From contig NC_042997.1 of the NCBI RefSeq assembly GCF_006345805.1, positions 205,096,001 through 205,160,000 of the forward strand: 64,000 nucleotides of DNA, read 5' to 3'. Below the pieces are notes generated by a model that did not search any database, was not told the origin of the DNA, and saw only the letters and a program-made list of their open reading frames with translations. How positions within the stretch are numbered: the stretch's first letter is position 1; the number at the start of each line of letters is the position of its first letter. Position numbers and translations under genes: made by a program. Shown one piece after another: positions 54,001 to 64,000 of the stretch. Source of the stretch: Octopus sinensis. Lineage: Eukaryota.

Positions 54001-55180
54001 CAATATTCCATATAAATAAAGTTTTAACTTACCAGACTCAATATTCCATATATAAAGTTTTAACTTACCAGACTCAATATTCCATATAAATAAAGTTTTA
54101 ACTTACCAGACTCAATATTCCATATAAATAAAGTTTTAACTTACCAGACTCAATATTCCATATAAATAAAGTTTTAACTTACCAGACTCAATATTCCATA
54201 TAAATAAAGTTTTAACTTACCAGACTCAATATTCCACATAAATAAAGTTTTAACTTACCAGACTCAATTTTCCATATAAATAAAGTTTTAACTTACCAGA
54301 CTGAATATTCCATATAAATAAAGTTTTAACTTACCAGACTCAATATTCCATATAAATAAAGTTTTAACTTACCAGACTCAATATTCCACATAAATAAAAT
54401 TTTAACTTACCAGACTCAATATTTCACATAAATAAAGTTTTAACTTACCAGACTCAATATTCCACATAAATAAAGTTTTAACTTACCAGACTCAATATTC
54501 CATATAAATAAAGTTTTAACTTACCAGACTCAATATTTCATATAAATAAAGTTTTAACTTACCAGACTCAATATTCCATATAAATAAAGTTTTAACTTAC
54601 CAGACTCAATATTCCATATAAATAAAGTTTTAACTTACCAGACTCAATATTCCATATAAATAAAGTTTTAACTTACCAGACTCAATATTCCATATAAATA
54701 AAGTTTTAACTTACCAGACTCAATTTTCATATAAATAAAGTTTTAACTTACCAGACTCAATATTCCATATAAATAAAGTTTTAACTTACCAGACTCAATA
54801 TTCCATATAAATAAAGTTTTAACTTACCAGACTCAATATTTCATATAAATAAAGTTTTAACTTACCAGACTCAATATTCCATATAAATAAAGTTTTAACT
54901 TACCAGACTCAATATTCCATATAAATAAAGTTTTAACTTACCAGACTCAATATTCCATATAAATAAAGTTTTAACTTACCAGACTCAATATTCCACATAA
55001 ATAAAGTTTTAACTTACCAGACTCAATATTCCATATAAATAAAGTTTTAACTTACCAGACTCAATATTCCATATAAATAAAGTTTTAACTTACCAGACTC
55101 AATATTCCACATAAATAAAGTTTTAACTTACCAGACTCAATATTCCACATAAATAAAGTTTTAACTTACCAGACTCAATA
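45095..55180. repeat. Satellite/minisatellite array, 38-bp unit atataaataaagttttaacttaccagactcaatattcc, ~265 copies
   Basis: Head-to-tail repeats without spacers; 10086 bp / 38 = ~265. Low divergence, with clustered variants. Confidence 0.98.
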
Positions 55181-55407
55181 TATACAGGTTGTGGTGTTGT
55201 TGTTTTTTTTTGCCCAGACCAGTCGTTCTAGTTGGGTGCTTATAGCTTGTATGCTGGTGTAGAGTTTTGATAGTTGGGTATTTAGTTGTTTTTACGTATT
55301 TCTTCACTTATTCTTTCTTTTTTCCTTTCGCATTGCTTTTAGAATGAATACAACAGCAGCAGGAGCAGAGGCAGCAGTAGTAGAACTACTACTACTACCA
55401 TTACTAC

Positions 55408-55449
<42 letters not shown>

Positions 55450-55515
55450 CGGTGGTGGTCGTAGTAGTAGTAGTAGTAGTAGCGGTGCTGGTCGTAGTAG
55501 TAGTAGTAGTAGTAA

Positions 55516-55556
<41 letters not shown>

Positions 55557-55752
55557 AGACAACAACAGCAGCAGCAGTAGCAAATGCCAACCCCCCCCCC
55601 AGACACTCTGGCCATTGACCCTCTTCTTGCTCTTCGGATCTGGGAAAAGTGGACTTCCTCTCCCGACCTGCCAGACGTCTCTCAACCCACAGAACGGGAG
55701 CAGTGCAATCACCCTTACCCGTCTAGTTGCTTAACAACAACAACAACAACAA

Positions 55753-55805
<53 letters not shown>

Positions 55806-56269
55806 TAGTAGTAGTAGTAGTATGTTAGTTAAAATATGTGCGTGATGTATTTTAACATCTAAAGGCAAATTCATTGCAATTACCGCGAAGAAAAAGAAAA
55901 TTTGTCGTTTATGGTAAAAGGTGTAAAAACACCATATCTGCTCAATGTCTGCTTCCCTTAGCAGACTGCCAGGCGTGTTTCTGGCTCCTTAGACTTCCTC
56001 AGTAGGAGACATCAAGGAGAGGCAACTCTGGATAAATTCCCAAGTCGTAGCTTCATCTTCAAATAGTGACCAATTGCGCTCACGCACCACCTGGGCAGAA
56101 TAAGTACAGTAGTATTGACGCTTATACCTTTAGCTATAAGTAGGGATTTCTCTCTATTCGTAACCGCAGTGAATTTTCCTTCAGAAGTCAAAATATGTTC
56201 CAGACATATTTTTATGAACGTAAAGTTCGCCTTTTCCTCATCATTGCTTAACGCTGATTCTCCAATAGA

Positions 56270-56505
56270 AATTTATTTCTTTACTATCCACAAGGGGCTA
56301 AACACAGAGGGGACAAACAAGGACAGACAAACGGATTAAGTCGATTACATCGACTCCAGTGCGTAACTGGTACTTAATTTATCGACCGCGAAAGGATGAA
56401 AGGCAAAGTCGACCTTGGCGGAATTTGAACTCGGAACGTAAAGACAGACGAAATACCGCAAAGCATTTCGTCCGGCGTGCTAACGTTTCTGCCAGCTCAC
56501 CGCCT
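56270..56505 (-). mobile_element. SINE family 1
   Basis: Linker and module in reverse complement, ending ctgccagctcaccgcc. Confidence 0.8.
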
Positions 56506-56604
56506 TTTAAAAAAATATTGTGCCTGGAGAAATAGATGTTGTTGTCGTCGTCGTCGTCGTCGTCGTCGCGGTAGCAGCAGCAAAATTAGCAGCGGTAACA
56601 TCTT

Positions 56605-56649
<45 letters not shown>

Positions 56650-57329
56650 AATAGCACCAATACGTATTTTAAAGCAAAAACATAGTTGATATTTGTATAG
56701 TTGTAAACATAGAGAAGGAAAAGGAGTGTAGACATTTAAGTGTAAGAGGAAAAGAGAAGGTTGAAGAAGAAAAATAATAGAAAGAATACGGCGTTGATGA
56801 GGAAGAAGATGGTGGTGTTGGTGTTGGTGGTGAAGATGATAAGAGGAACAATGAACAAAAGAAGATGAGAGAGAAGAGAGAAAGAAAATGTGATTGTCAC
56901 TGAGTCGGTTGCAAAAAAAAAAAAAAAGCAACGAAAGAGCTTTGACAAAAAAAAAAAAAAGAAAAAGTCGAATATTTTAGAAATGAGTGGAATTGAACCA
57001 GCGTCTCTCTTAATAATAATGACTCGCCTCAGACACAATAAAATTTTGTTTCAAAACACGAATTCACGTGAAGGATCTTGCAAACAGGATTGAAAAAAAA
57101 AAAGAAAAAAAACACGATTGAGGAGTGTTGTTCTGTAAATTAATCAGGCAAGAAAAAAGTGAAAGAGAGATTACGTTAAAGGATCATACGATAGAAGATT
57201 TTAATGAAACATTTTAAAGGTGGTCCTCAGATAATTGTTTCTTTAGATAACTGTCAAAGTTCTTGTGAAATCTGCTCATTTAGTCAGAGATCTTGCCTAA
57301 TAATGTTCGGTTGAATTTATGTATGTATA

Positions 57330-57775
57330 AAACAAACAATACATACATACATACATACATACATACATACATACATACATACATACATGCATACATACAT
57401 ACATACATAATACATACATACAGACAGACAGACAGACAGACAGACATACAGACAGACAGACATACATACATACATACAGACAGACAGACAACAGACAGAC
57501 AGACATACAGACAGACATACATACATACATACATACAGACAGACAGACAACAGACAGACAGACAACAGACAGACAGACAGACATACATACATACATACAG
57601 ACAGACAGACAACAGACAGACAGACATACAGACAGACATACATACATACATACATACAGACAGACAGACAACAGACAGACAGACATACAGACAGACAGAC
57701 ATACATACATACATACATGCATCCATTCATACATACATACATTCATACATACATACATACATACATAATACATGC

Positions 57776-57806
<31 letters not shown>

Positions 57807-57849
57807 CATACATACATACAGACAGACAGACAGACAGACATACAGACAG

Positions 57850-57882
<33 letters not shown>

Positions 57883-58030
57883 CATAACATACATACATAC
57901 GTACATACATACATACATACATACATACATACATACATACATACATACATGCATACATGCAAGCATACATACATACGTACATACATACATACATGAATAC
58001 ATACATATACATACATACATACATACATAA
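57330..58030. repeat. Compound (CATA)n/(CAGA)n microsatellite
   Basis: Directly visible. Explains the ORFs at 57280..58116. Confidence 0.95.
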
Positions 58031-58067
58031 TCCGGGTATAGAAGCTGGAGGTTTCGAAGAAGTTGTC

Positions 58068-58250
58068 CGACCGGACATTGCTGTTTGGGACAACAAGAAA
58101 AGGTATGTACCCTCATAGAGGTCAGCTGTCCTGCTGATGGGAATATCTCTTTAAAAACCAGAGAGAAATAATAACTATGGACAACTGCTTGGAAACCACC
58201 AGATTTTATATCTGGATTACAAATTTACACCAAGAATAATTGGCGCACGT
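58068..58250 (+). mobile_element. RLE-domain fragment of an R2-superfamily retrotransposon
   Basis: RPDIAVWDNKK / CTLIEVSCPADGNISLKTREK: PD..E..K pattern across a frameshift. Confidence 0.6.
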
Positions 58251-58696
58251 GACTACCAAACAAATCCAAGAATGCAACTGAACAACCATAAACCGGAAGT
58301 CACGTACTCTCGACCCTTTCCTGTCGACCGGCGACTGGACTATTTATAATGTCTGGCTTCTACCACTTTTTTTTTTGCCGAGAGGGGTGTGCAGTTTCAC
58401 TCTACAACAATACATCAGTCAGAAAGAGTAGTGGCCCCCATTCAACAATTAAATATTTTATGTTGATAAAGTAGATCCCACCGAGATCAGAAGATTTACT
58501 GCCGAATATATTATGTATTTTATAGTTAAGGTATTCACTGCAAGAGACATTAAATATTTCAAGTTTTGGCACAAGGCCAGCAACGAGAGGAGTTTAATCG
58601 ATTACACGTTGATTATGGGTGACTGGTACTTTATTTCACTGACCCCGAAAGGATGAAATGCAAAGTCATCCTCGGCATCATTTGAACTCAGAACGT

Positions 58697-58852
58697 GAGT
58701 GGCTGTGTGGTAAGAAGCTTGCTTACCAACCACACGGTTCCGGGTCCAGGCCCACTGCGTGGCACTTTGTGCAAGTGTCTTCTGCTATGGCTTGGGGCCG
58801 ACTAAACCCTTCTGAGTGGATTTGCTAGATGGAAACTGAAAGAAGCCCGTCG

Positions 58853-58890
<38 letters not shown>

Positions 58891-59238
58891 ATATATCATG
58901 GCTCGGCTTCGCGAACGAAGATCAGGAAGGCTGTCCACGTCGCGTGCATGCACGCTCATGACTGACAAGTCCGATATAGGAAAGGCAGGTCCGTGAGCAG
59001 TGTCCACAGACGAAGGTAACATCCGGTGTGGTGTCATATTTATATTTCTGTGTTTATTCCCTCCCCATCGCTTGACAACCGATGTTGGCGTGTTCTATGT
59101 CCCATTAACTTAGCGGTTCGGCATAAAGATACCGATAGAATAAGTACTAGGCTTACAATGACTAAGTCCTGGGTTGATTTGTTCGACTAAAGGCGGTGCT
59201 CCAGCATGGCTGCGGTCAAATGACTGAAACAAGTAACA
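58697..59238 (+). mobile_element. SINE family 2 with a nested RTE 3' fragment (58897..59036, minus) in its (TA)n tract
   Basis: SINE head and tail on either side. Insert reverse complement reads FVCGHCSRTCLSYIGLVSHERAC followed by an RTE-type tail tcttcgttcgcgaagcc. Confidence 0.75.
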
Positions 59239-59504
59239 GAAATATATTTTTAAAAAATGAAAGAAATCTCGCCAACGATTTTTGTGCGTCGTGCTAACGA
59301 TTCTGCTTTAATAACCAGAAGTCAACAGTTTATATTATGTTACGATAAATGTAAACAAACTAATGTTTGCCTTAGACGCGCTGAAATATGTATTGTGAGA
59401 TACAAATAAGATAGTAATATACTTTCAAACGCACAAGCTCTGATAGAACGGCAGAGACAGGATAGAATATTCAAGCAAAGCGGGAAAATATGGCATATGG
59501 AAAT

Positions 59505-59870
59505 ATGGTATTTCGTCTGCCGTTAAGTTCTGAGTTCAAATTCCACGGAGGTCGACTTTGCCTTTCATTCTTCCGGGGTCGATTAAAATAAGTTCCAGTT
59601 ACGAACTAGGGGTCGATTACATCGACTTAATCCGTTTGTCTGTCCTTGTTTGTCCTCTCTGTGTGTAGCCCCTTGTGGGCAGAAAAGAAATAGGTATTTC
59701 GTCTGCCGTTACGTTCTGCGTTCAAATTCCGCTGAGGTCGACTTTGCCTTTCATGCTTTCGGGGTCGATTAAATAAGTTCCAGTTACGCAGTAGAGGTCG
59801 ATATAATCGACTTAATCCGTTTGTCTGTCCCTGTTTGTCCCCTCTGTGTTTAGCCCCTTGTGGGCTATTA
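59505..59870 (+). mobile_element. SINE family 1, two modules
   Basis: Two gtatttcgtctgccgtt...aatccgtttgtctgtcc...gccccttgtggg units. Confidence 0.8.
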
Positions 59871-59939
59871 AAAAATAATTTAATTATCTTATATGTATCT
59901 CTTTGTATTATAGATATTTCTGTATCACAAATGAAACTT

Positions 59940-60426
59940 GTGTTGGGTCACATTATCTCAAGTGCTGCTCTTGTATTTCATTTAAGTGATCTGAAGTATT
60001 CATCTAGTACCTCTTTTTTTGTCTTTCTTTTTTTTTCTCGTTGTCATATTGTTAAAGAAGACGGAACTTAACAATGTTACTAGATCGGCACTTCAAATAA
60101 TTAACTGTCGTGCATTTCGTTTGCAGTGACAACCAGTAAACAAAAAAGCGGAAAAACCCACATATTTGTCTAGATAAGCTTCTGAAACATTTTTATTCCT
60201 GTTTACATCACAGAGAGGAGTAAGGCTTCAGTATATATTACGTGAACGTTTACCCTAGTTTTACCGTGGATAGGGAAACATAATACTGATATTAATTCAG
60301 TTTAATTTCATCAGACTAATTATATATTTAATCATGGTGATCTCATAATTGCTTCAATGATTTTGAATGTCTACTCAGAGTCAACGTGATCGGTGAGACG
60401 ACTTATCAATCAGCTAAACTGTAAGT
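59940..60426 (+). promoter_or_regulatory. Homolog of the paralog C promoter/exon 1, ending at donor ACT|GTAAGT (GT at 60421); putative paralog D 5' end
   Basis: 60366..60402 identical to 31255..31291. Further matches tgttaa(a)gaag(g)acggaacttaaca and gatattaattcagttt. Same cagctaaact|gtaagttt end. Confidence 0.6.
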
Positions 60427-60592
60427 TTGAATTATGATACGTTTTAACTGTCAATTTTTCAAGACTCCCTCCCCACCTCTCTTACTTTCTCTAATTCTTT
60501 CCCTTTTAATTTTCTTATCTGTGTATATGCACATACACTTAAGTAACGTGCAACGTTTCGATAAGTCGCCAGCCATTTCTCATCACCCGCAG

Positions 60593-61010
60593 CAGTGGAG
60601 GCGCAATGGCCCAGTGGTTAGGGCAGAAGACTCGCGGTTGGTGGATCGCGGTCTCGATTCCGAGACCGGGCGTTGTGTGTGTTTATTGAGCGAAAACACC
60701 TAAAGCTCCACAAGGCTCCGGCAGGGGGTGGTGGCGTACCCTGTTGTACTCTTTCGCTCCAACTTTCTCTCACTCTTTCTTCCTGTTTATTTTTCCCCCG
60801 ACTTCCTACGCAACCGCTGAGCCTGGATGCGCATTCATCCATCCGTCGATGCTCTCGGTGTCGGGGGGGGGGGGTTGACCTGCTTTCTCTCTTGCGGGTC
60901 TTACGAATAGCAAAGGACCACGTTTCGGACTTCTCCCACTACAGACAATCCTGAGGCGCGATCTTGCGAGCTCTGGGCCGAAGACCGCTTCGCTCAACAA
61001 ACAATCAAAC
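60593..61010 (+). mobile_element. tRNA-derived SINE family 3
   Basis: Head ggaggcgcaatggcccagtggttaggg (A-box) and ggtctcgattcc (B-box-like), followed by a GC-richer body. Confidence 0.6.
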
Positions 61011-61315
61011 AAACAAATCACCCGCAGCAAGAAAGAACGGAGGTCTACGACATGCTCATACGTACATACATGCACACGCTCACATGCCGTACGCGCGCAC
61101 ACACACATACACACACACACACACACGAGTGACCCACTTTAGTCTCCTCACTCGTATCATTATCCAACCACGAGTATAATTACGGTCTGTCCATAGCGCT
61201 TAGCATTACCTCCCACTCTTTGGGTTTTCCAGACACCAATACATCTCATATATATATATTAGCGCTTAAATGCATGTATTGTACCATTTGAATAACTTCT
61301 AGTTATTGGTAGTGT

Positions 61316-61410
61316 TTAAATACATGTATTGTGTCCGCCTTTAAATACATGTATTGTGTCCGCCTTTAAATACATGTATTGTGTCCGCGTTTAAATAAAT
61401 GTATTGTATC
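61316..61410. repeat. 25-bp minisatellite tttaaatacatgtattgtgtccgcc, ~3.5 copies
   Basis: Directly visible. Confidence 0.85.
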
Positions 61411-61503
61411 AGCTTTTAAATAAATAGTATTTATCCCTCACTAGATGGAGTACTTTTTTGTTGAGTTTTCTATCATGGAAAGGCATATATAATAATAATA
61501 ATG

Positions 61504-61540
<37 letters not shown>

Positions 61541-61591
61541 TAATAATAATAATAATAATAATATAATAATAAAAATAATAATAATAATATG

Positions 61592-61637
<46 letters not shown>

Positions 61638-61654
61638 TAATAATAATAATAATG

Positions 61655-61707
<53 letters not shown>

Positions 61708-61837
61708 GACGATGGATTATTATCAGCTCATTACAGCTGTTTCTTACTAATTTTTTTTAATTCGAAGATGAGCGCAGGTTTATTCAACCCTACCTGGTGC
61801 ATATTCTTTTATTTTTTATTTTTTATTTTACTTGTTT

Positions 61838-61991
61838 CAGTCATTTGACTGCGGCCATGCTGGAGCACCGCCTTTTTTTTAGTCGAGCAAATCGACCCCG
61901 GGACTTATTCTTTGTAAGCCCAGTACTTATTCTATCGGTCTCTTTTTGCCGAACCGCTAAGTGACGGGGATGTAAACACACCAGCACACAA

Positions 61992-62042
<51 letters not shown>

Positions 62043-62212
62043 CATATATACGACAGGCTTCTTTCAGTTTCCGTCTACCAAATCCACTCACAAGGCTTTG
62101 GTCGGCCCGGGGCTATAGCGGAAGACACTTGCCCAAGATGCCACGCAGTGGGACTGAACCCGGAACCATGTGGTTGGTTAGCAAGCTACTTACCACACAG
62201 CCACTCCTGCGC
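61838..62212 (-). mobile_element. SINE family 2
   Basis: Reverse complement of the 40212..40622 element. Confidence 0.85.
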
Positions 62213-62264
62213 CTTTTCAAGTATGCGATTCCATCTGAATCTTTATTATTATTGCTATTATTAT

Positions 62265-62660
62265 TTATTGTCTTTACTCAGCTTCTAACGCTGGAGATAT
62301 GCTACGGTGTCAGCTGTTCACTCCCAGTAAACTAAGGTAACACCCCCTTATTTTTCGAGTACCATCCGGAGTATTCGAGCGGTTCTAAGCAGTGCTGTTT
62401 TTTGCAAGTGCTCCACCCTTTTTGCAGTCTCTATTTGTTCCATGTACTTCTCAAGATTTTTACTCACTGTTCAATTATTGGTACTACTACCACCTTTTTC
62501 AGCGCTCACAACTGCTTAACCTCCCAAGCTAACCCGTCATAGCAATCGACTTTTCTTTCTTCTTTATCGCATACCTTGTTGTCAGCTGGGCAAGCTATAT
62601 CTATGATCCAGCAACGTCTGATTTCTTTCTCAACGATATTCGTTTGCTTTCTTTCTCAAT
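62265..62660 (-). mobile_element. R4/Dong-like RLE 3' fragment flanked by (TAA)n
   Basis: CWIIDIACPADNKVCDKEERK and HLQKTALLRTARILRMVLE. ATT repeats on both sides. Confidence 0.7.
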
Positions 62661-62833
62661 GAACACTATTATTATTATTATTATTATTATTAATATATTT
62701 AAAAAAGGATTGACATAACTCTTCCCAAAGGTAAACAGTCAAGACGAAGAGCGCGATTCGATTGTAAGATATTTTATTAGTTGAACGATATTTCAAGAAC
62801 ATGGTTTCAGACGCTGATTGATCGTGTCTTATC

Positions 62834-62893
<60 letters not shown>

Positions 62894-63870
62894 CTGCGGC
62901 CTTAGATATTCTGAATGATAAATGGCAAGAAAAACCTCTCTATGGCAAATACCCAAAGAGAGCGAATAATGCAGATATTGACAAAGCCCTGACCCATCAA
63001 TGGCTAGTGGCCTCTGGCTTAAAATCTGAAACAGAGGGGTTTATCATAGCAGCTCAAGATCAATGCCTACCAACAAGAAACTACCGGGCCAACATATTAA
63101 ATACCAGCAGCAGTCCAACGTGTCGTGTATGCCGACAACAAAATGAAACCATTGATCATGTGGTCTCCAAGTGCAGTCTTCTAGCGCCTACAGAGTATCT
63201 CAACAGGCACGATAGAGCTGCACAATATATTCACTGGGTAATCTGCAAAAACCTGGATTTACCCCATGAAAAAAACTGGCGGGAACACAAACCACCCCCA
63301 GTGCTTGAAAATGACCACATCTCACTCCTCTGGAACTTCACCATTCAAACTGACAGAAAGATAGATGCAAATAGGCCAGACATCATATTGAAAGACTTCA
63401 ACAAAGAACATGCCTCCTCATTGATATGACTGTCCCAATCGATATAAACGTATCTGTCAAGACCTACCAAAAACTGAGCAAATATAAAGATCTTGAAATA
63501 GAAATCAGCAAAATGTGGAACCTGAAGACTAAAACAATACCTGTTGTCATAGGTTCCCTGGGAATGATAGCAAAAGGGGCTGATAGCTACCTAACTCAGA
63601 TACCAGGAAACCCCAAAATGGCAGAAATTCAAAAGGTAGTGCTCTTGGGAACTGCTCATATCCTACGCAAAATACTTTCTATGTAATCTCAAGGTTTAAA
63701 ACAAACATTTGTTTTCTTTTTTTTTCAGACATCCACCAGTACAACACAAAAAACAACCAAATATATGGCACACTAGGCATAACAACAACGTGAACTTCCA
63801 GCCTGTTGTCTCTTGAGGTCTCCGGGTGAGACTTGGAGCCAACTTGTACAAATATAAAGCAAAATCAAAC
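62894..63870 (+). mobile_element. 5'-truncated R4/Dong-like element (CCHC knuckle + RLE + 3' UTR) inserted in (TAA)n
   Basis: LKSETEGFIIAAQDQ, CRVCRQQNETIDHVVSKC, RHD, RPDII, KLSKYKDL, IQKVVLLGTAHILRK. One frameshift near 63426. (TAA)n at 62835..62893 and from 63871. Confidence 0.9.
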
Positions 63871-63914
63871 ATAATAATAATAATAACAACAACAATAACA
63901 ACAATAATAATAAC

Positions 63915-63972
<58 letters not shown>

Positions 63973-64000
63973 TTATTGTATACAGTACTCAGGTGCACCA

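Noticed and set aside
45095-55180. CRISPR array (38-bp repeat length is CRISPR-like)
   Set aside because: Units are head-to-tail with no unique spacers, there are no cas genes, and the context is eukaryotic.
56975-57030. tRNA gene (ggttcaattcc B-box on the minus strand); likewise the SINE heads at 25581 and 60593
   Set aside because: No complete cloverleaf; consistent with SINE or pseudo-tRNA fragments.
55304-58116. Numerous low-complexity ORFs here and at 11.8-13.6, 23.3-27.9, 36.2-36.8 and 42.3-44.4 kb
   Set aside because: They are translations of di-, tri- and tetranucleotide repeats.

Overview
AT-rich, repeat-dense eukaryotic DNA. The SINE families, microsatellite load and transposon spectrum point to an octopus genome (inference from recalled repeats; no database check). 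The host-gene content is a cluster of an unnamed family of ~730-aa proteins with a signal peptide, a 6-Cys ectodomain and ~9-10 predicted TM helices, each with a single-exon CDS. There are two intact copies (19084..21279 minus; 32101..34305 plus), a frameshifted copy cut by the left edge (1..455 minus), and a conserved promoter/non-coding exon 1 near 60.0-60.4 kb that predicts a fourth copy beyond the right edge. The two minus-strand copies lie in an old tandem segmental duplication whose halves gained different transposons. A ~10.1 kb array of a 38-bp unit (45095..55180, ~265 copies) carries a near-consensus 5' splice donor (CTG|GTAAGT) in nearly every unit on the minus strand. Downstream of it on that strand are a TG-rich stretch, a candidate acceptor and a canonical minimal hammerhead ribozyme (41815..41858) of Penelope type. 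The rest is mostly transposon debris: a full-length but disabled RTE LINE with a 13-bp TSD, Penelope-like, R4/Dong-like, CR1-like, mariner and Helitron remnants, and many tRNA-derived SINEs. I found no CRISPR array, rRNA or genuine tRNA gene.
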